Positions 49,999 to 59,411 of a stretch of DNA of 64,000 nucleotides are shown piece by piece. This DNA comes from Bdellovibrionota bacterium. Lineage in GTDB: Bacteria > Bdellovibrionota_G > JALEGL01 > JAGRMV01. The notes beneath the pieces were generated by a model that saw only the letters and a list, made by a program, of their open reading frames with translations, made no database searches and was not told the DNA's origin. Position numbers and translations under genes: made by a program. Each line of letters starts with the position of its first letter. Position 1 is the stretch's first letter. The DNA lies in assembly GCA_041391405.1 (NCBI GenBank), contig JAWKOB010000005.1:6297-70296 (forward strand). Direction: 5' to 3'.

Positions 49999-51453
49999 AT
50001 GTTTAGATTCAAAACAAAAATACTTGAGTGTGTCCCCGGACGCCAAGCACGTGCCGACCGACGGGTCGGGCAAAGCACGGTAGAACTTGCTTTGTTGCTG
50101 CCAACCCTCGCCTTCATGCTGGGCATGATCATCTACGCCTACAAAGTGAATTACAAAACCAATCAAATCACTACGGAAGCTTTCTCCGAGCGCATGTACA
50201 AATATCACATGGAAGGAAAATTCTATGACCCGATTCAGGGTGTGTATTTTCCCAATGGACAATATTCCGAGTTGATTCCTCCTGATGCTCTCATCGATCC
50301 AGGTGCAATTGCAGGAGAACTCGGCTTACAACTCATCACACAGCTTGGCTTAAGCAAGCTCTTTGATGCGCTCAACATCGACAACTCCACATACTATGGC
50401 GCTTTCGCGCAAGGTTTCACCTATTCGATCGCAGACTCCGCCGTGAATACTTATGTTCAAGATGGATCTCTTCAACAAATGAGCGCGGAAGATTTGGAAA
50501 ATGCAACCTGGGCAGGCTTGGCAAGTGCAGCGGCCAGCCACAATACCAGCGGAGATGGACGCACAGATAATGCAACGAGCACGTTCCAAGGTACAGATCC
50601 AACTGGCTCCAGTCTTCGAGAGTTTTTGGGGTCAGGCGTGCAAGCAGGTTTGATTGGATTTTTCAACAGCCACGGTGACTGGGGAGCAGCTGGCGCCAGC
50701 GCGGTGGGCGGCATGCTCAACTCTGACAGTTCCAAAAATTGGGTATCCACAGGAACCGACGGATTGACCGACTCCAACGGAACAGAAATTTTGCGTGGCG
50801 CGACCAAGGGCGCGGTTCAATCTTCCGTCAGTGGAATCTTTGGTGGAAACTGGGATGCCAAGACTGTCCGCAATTGGTGCCGCATCGGGCACCGTTCAAA
50901 CCGAAACTTTTGCCGAAACCTTCCACTCACCGGCGATGATCAAAAAACTCCGCGATGTACGGCACGTTCAATGGCGTTTTCCAGCGTGGTCAGCGGTGGT
51001 GATGGAACCAGCACACTTGTCTCTGCAGGTATGGGTGCACTCGGCAGTCCAGCAAACCGCCGGAGCACTCGGCGGAAGCGACACATTCAAATACCGCGCA
51101 GTCTCTACCATCGGCGGCGCAGCCAGGACAGATATGTTCAAGGCAATAGTCTGGAAGCCATTGGTATGGGCGCGCTCTCCGGCGCTGTGGGCCAAGGGAT
51201 GGGCTGGGCCGGAAACCAGGTTTCCACTTCTCTTTCCAACAGTTTCAATTCTTCGTCCTCAGGTTCCAATGGAACAAGCGTCAATGGCGCAACCACCGTT
51301 CTGGGCACAGAGCAAACCTCAGATGATCTGGCCAGCGACGACACATTCAACATCAGTATCGATGAAATTTTGAACGGTGCAAACGAAGGCGTGCTCAACG
51401 CTGAGACACTCGAATCATTCGAAGGGCTTCCTCCAGAGGGAGGTTCGGCATGA
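49999..51453 (+). CDS. Large TadE-domain protein with long Gly/Ser/Thr/Ala-rich C-terminal region (internal compensating frame shifts likely around 50790-51200)
   Basis: RRVGQSTVELALLLPTLAFMLGMIIYAY (TadE motif). The C-terminal 300 aa are low-complexity (GSGVQAGLIGFFNSHGDWGAAGASAVGG, SSSGSNGTSVNGATTVLG). The overlapping ORF 50795-51373 reads better locally. Confidence 0.6.
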   Translation: MFRFKTKILECVPGRQARADRRVGQSTVELALLLPTLAFMLGMIIYAYKVNYKTNQITTEAFSERMYKYHMEGKFYDPIQGVYFPNGQYSELIPPDALIDPGAIAGELGLQLITQLGLSKLFDALNIDNSTYYGAFAQGFTYSIADSAVNTYVQDGSLQQMSAEDLENATWAGLASAAASHNTSGDGRTDNATSTFQGTDPTGSSLREFLGSGVQAGLIGFFNSHGDWGAAGASAVGGMLNSDSSKNWVSTGTDGLTDSNGTEILRGATKGAVQSSVSGIFGGNWDAKTVRNWCRIGHRSNRNFCRNLPLTGDDQKTPRCTARSMAFSSVVSGGDGTSTLVSAGMGALGSPANRRSTRRKRHIQIPRSLYHRRRSQDRYVQGNSLEAIGMGALSGAVGQGMGWAGNQVSTSLSNSFNSSSSGSNGTSVNGATTVLGTEQTSDDLASDDTFNISIDEILNGANEGVLNAETLESFEGLPPEGGSA

Positions 51454-51989
51454 GAATCTTAAGCTGGATTTTGATTTTGGCCTTCACGGGATCGGCTTTT
51501 GCTCAAGGCAACCCGAGAATGAAGCTTCGTCCGAAAAAATATGCCGACATCGTCAAATCCGCGAACGAAATCCGTTCGCGTGAGCAACAAATTCGGGAAT
51601 ACTACATGCAGCTGGTGCTTCGCAAAGCTCAGATGGATGTGATCAAAATTTTAGAACGTCGTCGCATGTCCAACGACGACATTCAAAAAGTACTGGCCAG
51701 CGATCAGATGAAATCGTTTCTTACACGATTGGAAAAAAATCCAAAAATCAAGGCACGCGTTGAAGCGCATGTTCAACGTCTGGTTCGTCCTGGAGCCATC
51801 GAAGCTCATGTCATGGCCCAACGAAACAAAATCATTCAAAAACAACATGAGCAACTGCTCGTGGCTCAAAACGAACTTCGCAAATCCAAAACCTTCCGCA
51901 CGGAAGAAAAAGTTCACGAAAAAATGGATGATCGATCGCTTGCTGAAAAAACATGGGATCATTTGATGAAGGATTTGTACAAAGAGTGA
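51450..51989 (+). CDS. Hypothetical secreted coiled-coil protein inside the tad operon
   Basis: Signal peptide MRILSWILILAFTGSAFA. The rest is K/E/Q-rich helical sequence. ATGA overlap with the upstream gene. Confidence 0.6.
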   Translation: MRILSWILILAFTGSAFAQGNPRMKLRPKKYADIVKSANEIRSREQQIREYYMQLVLRKAQMDVIKILERRRMSNDDIQKVLASDQMKSFLTRLEKNPKIKARVEAHVQRLVRPGAIEAHVMAQRNKIIQKQHEQLLVAQNELRKSKTFRTEEKVHEKMDDRSLAEKTWDHLMKDLYKE

Positions 51990-52058
51990 TGCGTCAAAAC
52001 AAGTCCCTAAACTTATTGAAAAAAACCAAGGAATGGCTCATCATATAAGGATAACGTT

Positions 52059-52907
52059 ATGAAAAATCGACGCGCTCTGACATTTGCGATTCTACTCGGT
52101 GTTCTTTCCTTTTTCTTCCTGTTTTTTTACGTCAATTCCATGGAAAAACGCTACCTTGGCAAGTTTGAACAAGTGGGCGTGCTTGTCGCCAAAAATGACA
52201 TCGTACAGTTTGAAGTTTTGGATGAAACGATGCTTGAAATCCGCCAAATCCCAAAACCATATGTTCAACCTTTGGCCGCCACAGCTGAAGATTTGGGACA
52301 AGTTCTTGGCTACGTTGCATCAAACACCATCAAAAAAGGCGAGCAGATCGTCAAAACAAAATTGAACCTTCTGGGTGAAGAAGGCATTTCCCCGATCGTT
52401 CCCAAGGGTTTTCGTGCATGCACCGTTTCTGTGAATGAAGTCACAGGCGTCGGTGGTCACATTCGCAATGGTGACACGGTCGACATCATCGGTACATTCA
52501 AAACTTTGACGGACAAACGCGTGACCAAAGGAATGGAAGCTGTCACGCTCTTTCAAAATGTCCCAGTAATCGCCACCGGAAAAAACTATCGCTTTGATCC
52601 GCGTGTGCAGGCCAACAAAACCAAAGGCTCAATTCTGTCGATGCCGACACAATCATCCGGATTTTCCACGGTCACGCTACAAGTGACTCCTCGCATGTGC
52701 ATGGATCTTTCCATCGCTCAGCAAAGTGGAACGCTCACACTCGCCCTTCGTTCCTTCCACGACCGTTTCTCGGGTGACGTGATTGAAAATCTTAAAAAAG
52801 AACGCAGCACCACTGAATCTGTAACCGGAATCAAAGAACCTATACAAATCAAGGAGACCCCACAATGGTTAGAACAACGCGGAGATCAATCTCTCATCGT
52901 TCCATAA
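52059..52907 (+). CDS. cpaB: Flp pilus assembly protein CpaB/RcpC (TM + SAF-like domain)
   Basis: N-terminal TM LTFAILLGVLSFFFLFFYV. VLVAKNDIVQFEVLDETMLEIRQIPKPYV...TIKKGEQIV. Confidence 0.85.
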   Translation: MKNRRALTFAILLGVLSFFFLFFYVNSMEKRYLGKFEQVGVLVAKNDIVQFEVLDETMLEIRQIPKPYVQPLAATAEDLGQVLGYVASNTIKKGEQIVKTKLNLLGEEGISPIVPKGFRACTVSVNEVTGVGGHIRNGDTVDIIGTFKTLTDKRVTKGMEAVTLFQNVPVIATGKNYRFDPRVQANKTKGSILSMPTQSSGFSTVTLQVTPRMCMDLSIAQQSGTLTLALRSFHDRFSGDVIENLKKERSTTESVTGIKEPIQIKETPQWLEQRGDQSLIVP

Positions 52908-54382
52908 TTTCATCGGCGTTTTTGCTGATCGCGAGCGTATTTTTTATTGCGCCCGCTTTCGCTCAGCAAAATCAACCTGCAGATGAATACTTGGTGACGA
53001 ACAATCCGAAAATCAAAAACGTTTCCTACAGCATCGGTAACATCACGGTGGGCGATCCCAACATCGTGAACTTCAAAGCCGACCGCAAAAAAAATCGCAT
53101 CACTCTTTTCCCGAAAAATCCGGGAACAACCTCGATGATCATTTTCGATCAAAAGGGATCTCAGAAGGAAGTGCTGACCTTGGCCGTATATTCCACTGAT
53201 CCAGAAAAGCTTTTGACGGACGTTCGACAGCTTTTGGTCGACATCGAAGGCATCACGATCAAACGCGTGGGTCAAAAAATCATCATCGATGGCTCGGTCT
53301 TGCTGGGCTCTGAACTCAGCCGTATTCAGAAAATCTCCGCCAACACCAATCAAATCGTGAACCTTGTGACGATCAATCCGGACACGGAACGTTTGCTCGC
53401 CAAACGCATCTCCAAAGAAATCGGCATGGATGAAGTCAATGTTCGTTCCGTCAAAGGAAAAATCCTTCTCGAAGGGGAAGTGTATTCACCTGAAGCCAAA
53501 GTGAAGGCCGAAAAAATCGCTTCGCTTTACGCTGGCGCAGTCATCAACACGTTGGAAGTTCGCGCTGTACCGAATCCTCCGGTTCGCAAAGACACCGTTC
53601 AAGTCACCGCGCACTTTGTGGAAGTGGCCAAAAACTTCTCCAAAAACTTCAACTTCAAATGGAGCCCAATTCCGCAAGTTGGCGTCAACGCATCTTACAG
53701 AATCAATCCAGTTACCGGTTCCGACAGCTTCACCGGCGCATTGACTGGAACGGCGATCGACTTGCTTCCTCGCTTGAACGCATTCAAAGCTTTGGGTGTG
53801 GCCCGCGTTCTTGAAAATCCAACCGTCTCGGTGAAAAGTGGTGACACAGCTACGATCGAGTCCGGCACACAAGTTGGTTTCCCTGTGATTCAACCCAATG
53901 GTTCCGCTGCAATTGAATTCAAAAACGTCGGCGCCCTTCTGAAAATCAAACCATATGTTCAAGGCACCGACATCGACATGGAAATTCAAGTGAAGATGAG
54001 TTCGCTCGGTTCACCTGAAGTTTCCGGAGGTATCGCGATTTCCCAAAACTCGATCGACACCACACAATTGGTTCGCTCCGGTGAATCCGTGGTGATCGGG
54101 GGTTTGGTTCGCAATTCTTACAGACAAGCACTTGATCGTCCACCCAACACTTCAGGCGGTTCTGGTGGCAGTGCCAATACCAGCATGCCGACCGCGACTT
54201 CGGGACAATACGTGGATCCTTTTCCGATGGGATCGCTCTTTACACTCTTCAAATCCACCGAAGAGAGCAAACAGCGTAGCCAATTCATGATCTTCATCAC
54301 CCCGACGATCTTGAAATTCTCGAAAGATGCAAACAAAGAGCTCAAAGACAGCTTCAATTTGTATGAGGTTTATCCAAACTAG
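52865..54382 (+). CDS. cpaC: Tad secretin CpaC/RcpA
   Basis: Signal peptide, pilus-N domain (ITVGDPNIVNFKADRKKNRITLFPKNPGTTSMIIFDQKG) and secretin core (VLENPTVSVKSGDTATIESGTQVGFPV, LVRSGESVVIGGLV). Confidence 0.9.
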   Translation: MVRTTRRSISHRSIISSAFLLIASVFFIAPAFAQQNQPADEYLVTNNPKIKNVSYSIGNITVGDPNIVNFKADRKKNRITLFPKNPGTTSMIIFDQKGSQKEVLTLAVYSTDPEKLLTDVRQLLVDIEGITIKRVGQKIIIDGSVLLGSELSRIQKISANTNQIVNLVTINPDTERLLAKRISKEIGMDEVNVRSVKGKILLEGEVYSPEAKVKAEKIASLYAGAVINTLEVRAVPNPPVRKDTVQVTAHFVEVAKNFSKNFNFKWSPIPQVGVNASYRINPVTGSDSFTGALTGTAIDLLPRLNAFKALGVARVLENPTVSVKSGDTATIESGTQVGFPVIQPNGSAAIEFKNVGALLKIKPYVQGTDIDMEIQVKMSSLGSPEVSGGIAISQNSIDTTQLVRSGESVVIGGLVRNSYRQALDRPPNTSGGSGGSANTSMPTATSGQYVDPFPMGSLFTLFKSTEESKQRSQFMIFITPTILKFSKDANKELKDSFNLYEVYPN

Positions 54383-54384
54383 TT

Positions 54385-56538
54385 GTGGCTGAGAATGAAA
54401 AGAAGAATTATGTAATTAGTGTGGCTGGCCGGTCCCAAGGGCGGGACCGGCTCCTCTGCTTTTGCCGTCAATCTCGCTGCACGCCCTCCTTCGTCAAACC
54501 AAAAGCAAAAGTCCCTGATCATCGATTTCGATCTGCACGATTGTGGAGACGTCGCGCTCTTCATGGGCGCCAAAGACTTGCCTTCGATTTGATTTCGCCC
54601 CAAAGCTCCACAAAATGTCGGAATCGGAAGTCGAGAAGAACATCTACAAAAGCAGAGAGAATTTATCTGCCGGCCATTCGAAAGATCAAACAAGCCGGAC
54701 TTCTGACCTACGACATGGTTTCCAGCATGATCGACATGTGCCGCAGCCAATTTCAATACATCGTGGTGGATTGTGGCAGCCATGTGTATCCGTCCATGAT
54801 CAAAGCGCTGGAAGTTTCATCAATTGTTCTTTTTTGCACCACCGCCGAGATTGTGACGTTGAATCGCTCTGTGCAGTCGCTGCAAGATTATCAAGAATTG
54901 GCGTTTCCTTCGGATTTGATTCAGCTCATCGTGAATCAATACGATCCCAAAGGCGTGATCAATGAGGAACTCATCACGCAAAAACTCAAGCGCAAATGCC
55001 TGGGCTTTTTGCCCAATGAGATCAAGGAAATGCAAAACGCTGTCAATCAAGGTACTGCGATTTTTCAAACGCAACCTCGTGCAATCTATAGCCGCGTGAT
55101 CGAGGATTTGACCCGCAAAATTCTGACCAAAAACATTTTGCAGCCGGTTCAAGCCTTGAGCCTCAAAACGGCCAACCTTGCAGGACCTCAACGAGCCGCC
55201 GTTTCTACGGAAACATCTATCGCTCCCATGTCGAAAAACATCACCAACAAAGACGCGGAACGCATCGACAGCATCAAACAAAGAATTCACGCGCGCTTGA
55301 TTGATGTGATGGATTTCAAAAAGCTTTCACCTGAAGAATTGATGAAGCAGGACGACGAATCTATGGATGCGCTCAAAACCAAAACACAAGAAGCGATCCT
55401 GGGCATCGTATCCCGCATGAATGAAATCACCTCACGGGATGAGCGACAATTGCTCGTCAAAGATGTGTTGGATGAAGCCATCGGACTTGGCCCACTTGAA
55501 GATCTTTTGAAAAATCCGGACGTCAGCGAAATCATGGTCAACCGCGCAGATCAAATCTTTGTGGAGCTCAAAGGAAAGCCAACACTCATTTCCTCGAGAT
55601 TTTCCGGAGATAAGCAATTGATGGGCGTGATCGAACGTATCGTTGCACCGATCGGTCGCCGAATCGATGAAAAAACACCGATGGTCGATGCGCGCTTGAG
55701 AGACGGTTCTCGTGTCCATGCGATCATTCCGCCTTTGGCTCTGGACGGTCCGGTTCTTACCATTCGTAAATTCAGCAAAGATATTTTGGGCCCCGAAACC
55801 TTGATCAAATTCGGCGCTATGACCGAAGAAATGTCGGACTTCCTGCGCGCATGTGTGCAAGCCAAACTCAACATCATCATCTCGGGTGGTACCGGAACAG
55901 GTAAAACGACGCTTCTAAACACGCTGGCGAGCTTCATTCCAAACAATGACCGCATCATCACCGTCGAGGATTCGGCGGAGCTTCGACTGGCGCAAGAACA
56001 CATCGTACGTCTGGAATCCAGACCCGCAAACCTTCAGGGCGAAGGTGCGATTCCGATCCGTGAACTTGTTCGAAATACGCTTCGCATGCGCCCGGACCGA
56101 ATTGTGGTGGGTGAATGTCGTGGCGCCGAAGCACTCGATATGCTTCAAGCCATGAATACAGGTCATGACGGCTCGATGACCACCATTCACTCCAACTCTC
56201 CGCGCGACTCCATCGCTCGTCTGGAAACACTGGTGATGTTTGCCGGAATGGATCTTCCATCCAAAGCCATTCGTGAACAAATTGCGTCCGCTGTTCAATT
56301 GATTGTGCAGTTGACACGAATGGGCGACGGATCCAGAAAAATCACCGCCATCACCGAGGTCACGGGGATGGAAAGCACCACAGTTTCATTGCAGGATATT
56401 TTCCAATTCAAGGAAAAAGGCGTAGATGAACAAGGTAAGGTGCTGGGAAGCTTCCTGGCCACGGGTCTCGTCCCGACCTTCGCACAAACATTCAAGAAAA
56501 AAGGCATCAAGCTGCCGAAAGGATTGATCGGTGGGTAG
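54385..56538 (+). CDS. cpaF: TadZ/CpaE-like ParA-type ATPase domain read in frame with the CpaF/TadA secretion ATPase (apparent fusion; first ~90 codons frame-broken)
   Basis: In a shifted frame: VISVAG-PKGGTGSSAFAVNLAA (deviant Walker A), then YIVVDCGSHVY...IVLFCTTAEIVTLNRS. After a linker comes CpaF: IKQRIHARLIDVMDF, ISGGTGTGKTTLLN, RIVVGECRGAEALDMLQAMNTGHDGSMTTIHSNS. There is no stop between the two halves. Confidence 0.8.
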   Translation: MAENEKKNYVISVAGRSQGRDRLLCFCRQSRCTPSFVKPKAKVPDHRFRSARLWRRRALHGRQRLAFDLISPQSSTKCRNRKSRRTSTKAERIYLPAIRKIKQAGLLTYDMVSSMIDMCRSQFQYIVVDCGSHVYPSMIKALEVSSIVLFCTTAEIVTLNRSVQSLQDYQELAFPSDLIQLIVNQYDPKGVINEELITQKLKRKCLGFLPNEIKEMQNAVNQGTAIFQTQPRAIYSRVIEDLTRKILTKNILQPVQALSLKTANLAGPQRAAVSTETSIAPMSKNITNKDAERIDSIKQRIHARLIDVMDFKKLSPEELMKQDDESMDALKTKTQEAILGIVSRMNEITSRDERQLLVKDVLDEAIGLGPLEDLLKNPDVSEIMVNRADQIFVELKGKPTLISSRFSGDKQLMGVIERIVAPIGRRIDEKTPMVDARLRDGSRVHAIIPPLALDGPVLTIRKFSKDILGPETLIKFGAMTEEMSDFLRACVQAKLNIIISGGTGTGKTTLLNTLASFIPNNDRIITVEDSAELRLAQEHIVRLESRPANLQGEGAIPIRELVRNTLRMRPDRIVVGECRGAEALDMLQAMNTGHDGSMTTIHSNSPRDSIARLETLVMFAGMDLPSKAIREQIASAVQLIVQLTRMGDGSRKITAITEVTGMESTTVSLQDIFQFKEKGVDEQGKVLGSFLATGLVPTFAQTFKKKGIKLPKGLIGG

Positions 56539-57402
56539 TTCATTCAGCATACTCAGTTCATTGATTGTCGTGATGTTCATTGGCGGGGCTGCTTTTTTTG
56601 GTTACCCGTGGGTGGAAGAATTCACACGCAAAAAACTCGAAGGTTACCTGCAAGAATGTGAACTTCTATTGCATCGCATGTTTAAGGAAATGCCGCGCAA
56701 GAAAATGATCATGATCATTGCCGGATCCACGTTTTTCTTGGGTTTGGTGGGTTTTGTTCTCACATTGGGGTTTGGGTGGATCAATATTTTGTTCACGGTC
56801 ACACTCGCGGCCATCGGCTATCAGTCTTTTCGCATGTGGCTGAAATTTTTCTGGGAACGTCGACTCAATGAATTCAACGAACAACTGGTGGATGCGCTGA
56901 ACCTTTTGGCCAATTCCCTGAAATCTGGATTGAACCTTTCGCAAGCATTGCAAGTGTTGATTCAGGAGAGCAAACCACCAATGTCCCAAGAATTTGGCTT
57001 GGTGCTATCCCAAAGAAAATTGGGGCTCACCATCGATGAGGGCCTTGGAAAAAATGCTCGAGCGCATTCCCAGCGACGATCTGGCCGTTGCTATCCACTC
57101 GGTTTTGATTCTGCGCGAAACGGGTGGCGTCTATCTGAAACATTTGAAACCATCGCCTCGACCATTCGCGAACGTAGAAAAGTTTCTGGAAAGATCAAAT
57201 CGATGACCCAACAAGGCAAGATGCAGGGCTTGATCCTCCTCCTTTGCCATTCGGTCTTGGTGCCATGCTTTACGTCGTCAACCACCGTACATCATTCCAC
57301 CTGGTCACCACCCAACTTGGCTGGATCATGATTTTTGTGATGCTGATGTTCCAGGGCGTTGGCGCCCTCTGGATCAAAAAAATCGTCAATATCGACGTTT
57401 AG
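56531..57402 (+). pseudogene. tadB: Tad/Flp pilus platform protein TadB (T2SS-F family), several frame breaks
   Basis: FNEQLVDALNLLANSLKSGLNLSQALQVL. Shifted frames give LEKMLERIPSDDLAVAIHSVLILRETGG and the C-terminal TM GWIMIFVMLMFQGVGALWIKKIV. Stop at 57400-57402. Confidence 0.8.
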
Positions 57403-57439
57403 ATCGCTATGATGTGATTTTGTTTTTATCTTCCTGTGA

Positions 57440-57889
57440 CTACGTAAAAATCATCGCTTTTTCGATTTGGATGATTTCCAACCAACAGGTGTTCGAATTT
57501 GAATTCGAAGGGTCGATGTAGCTGTATTGGATGTATTGATTCCAATGATTGCGGAATGAATAAAAATTCACATTCTCAATTTCTCTTTCGTAGATTCCCA
57601 AATTGGGGAAATCCTGACCTCGACGATCACTAGCATATTTTCGATAGCTTCCCGCCATGATCACATCCACAGATTGAACGACCTGGGCATTTTCCCATGA
57701 AAACCGTTTGAGCTGATTCATGATGTAAACGGTCTTTCCGATGGGATAAAACATCTTTCGAGTCTGATGCGAAACTAGCCAACGCAGGAAAAATCCAAAC
57801 CCTTCAAATCCTATACGTTGATTCATCGGAAAATGGGCCGATGCCACTTGAGTAACCCCATTACCCAATATAAAAATCACTTTTTTCAT
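57440..57889 (-). CDS. Hypothetical protein, 149 aa (ATG 57889 inside ORF 57440..57949)
   Basis: GGGGGAG lies 9 nt before the ATG. It starts MKKVIFILGNGVTQ. I recognise no family. Confidence 0.5.
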   Translation of the reverse strand: MKKVIFILGNGVTQVASAHFPMNQRIGFEGFGFFLRWLVSHQTRKMFYPIGKTVYIMNQLKRFSWENAQVVQSVDVIMAGSYRKYASDRRGQDFPNLGIYEREIENVNFYSFRNHWNQYIQYSYIDPSNSNSNTCWLEIIQIEKAMIFT

Positions 57890-58033
57890 TATATACACTC
57901 CCCCAACTATCTCTTGATAATGGCTATCATTAATAATGCAGTAGGTCAACCCACCAAAAATGCTTTTAAGCTATTGATATAGATGATATTTTACTGATTA
58001 TTCTCTTTGGGTTTTCGATCCGAATATGTTACA

Positions 58034-58305
58034 ATGAGGCTACTGAAATTAGCTTGCTGGAAATGCGTATATCTTTTGATGTCTGTAGCCTTTTTATTGG
58101 TTTCCAATTCAGCATTCGCAATTCTGCCGCCGCCAAGCAAGCCCTGGCTCAAAACACCACCAACGCGGTTTGCTCTTCCGGTTACAATGGCGCCAATCCT
58201 TTCGAAAACACCGAAATGTTCAAAAAAGATCAATTCAAAAACGGTTGCCCTGCTGGAATGTCGTATGTCGAATGTCTTCGCAAATCTTGGCAAGAACAAC
58301 GATAA
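58034..58305 (+). pseudogene. Small secreted Cys-containing protein (about 85 aa), one frame break after the signal peptide
   Basis: MRLLKLACWKCVYLLMSVAFLLVSNSAFA, then in the next frame AAAKQALAQNTTNAVCSSGYNGANPFENTEMFKKDQFKNGCPAGMSYVECLRKSWQEQR. Confidence 0.45.
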
Positions 58306-58327
58306 TTTTTTTAACTATACAATAAGG

Positions 58328-58359
58328 AAGCCCGCATCAAAGCGGGCTTTTTTTATTTT
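58328..58359 (+). terminator. Rho-independent terminator
   Basis: AAGCCCGC-atcaaa-GCGGGCTT followed by TTTTTATTTT. Confidence 0.8.
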
Positions 58360-58807
58360 CATCGTTACATATTTTTTCATTTTAGGTGAGCTGTTTTTTT
58401 TTTTGGTATTTCAGCTTCAAAGCACCGCGTTCTGCTGCGACCGTCTCAAAAACGCTCCCCTTCCCACGTTCCTAAAATCATAACTCTGAAAGGTGCCGGT
58501 TCGGGTGGCGCGATGGGTGGGATCTTCGAGGAGCTATGCACCGCAGAGGATGGGTCCCGATCGCGACCCTTGTCGACATGTGATAATTGGATCTTACAAA
58601 ATAAGTCTTGTGCTCGCCCCTGCACCTTAAATGAAAATGAGGATTAACTGGGAGCCCACTCCTTCGCCTCTCATGATTGCCGCTTTCCTGGCAAAGCGTT
58701 TCACTCGCTCAAACTCTGAATCCACTCTCAAAACCTCTTAACCTCAAAAGCTGAATCCTCCACTTCAGAACCCACAACATTCATTGGCCGACAGTTGACC
58801 AAAGAGC

Positions 58808-59411
58808 GTGAACAAAAAGGTTATTTGGATTCAGCATGAGCGGCAAAACCAACGCACACAAATCTTTTCCCACAAACCAATATTCGCACGATGGATTACA
58901 CTCGTCTTCAACAAGGATTGGACTCTCTTCAACACGCGGAAGGCCAAATTAAATTTCAACAACATCATCAAAATTCAGAAGCCGTTCAGCTTCCTGGATT
59001 TCAGCTTCATCAACCCGACATTTCCTGAATCGAATGGAAATGATCATCGATCGACGCGCGATTCAGCGCTTTCTGAACCAACAATTGAATCAATTCGCTC
59101 CCCTTGTATCATCCTGGGAAGGACATTTTGATTCCATGGGGCCGAAATCATCGTCAAGCCAATGTGACCTCCATCGTGGATATCCCGGCACTCTCTCAAA
59201 ATCTGTTCGCATATATCCAGCAAATCGGCTTCTTCTATCACCATTTAGTCGATTGGTCTACCCTTCAAAACATCGATTGGAGTCACATCTCTTTGGGCGA
59301 TTTTATTCATACGAAGATGCTCTTCAAGCCACACTGGATCAGCTCAGTGAAAGTGCGAACTTGAATCAGATCTCTGCGCAAAACTTTTGGATCAAACTCA
59401 AGCACAAATGA
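58808..59411 (+). pseudogene. Unknown gene X, frame-broken, no recognisable family
   Basis: Overlapping plus-strand ORFs 58808-59131, 59034-59411 and 59104-59364 carry locally protein-like stretches (ANVTSIVDIPALSQNLFAYIQQIGFFYHHLVDW; YEDALQATLDQLSESANLNQISAQNFW). Confidence 0.3.

Noticed and set aside
58486-58620. Gly-rich then Cys-containing peptide (…GAGSGGAMGGIFEELCTAEDG…STCDNWILQNKSCARPCTL…) as a RiPP precursor.
   Set aside because: There is no convincing start codon or SD and no recognisable modification enzymes nearby. I report the region only as a structured ORF-free segment.
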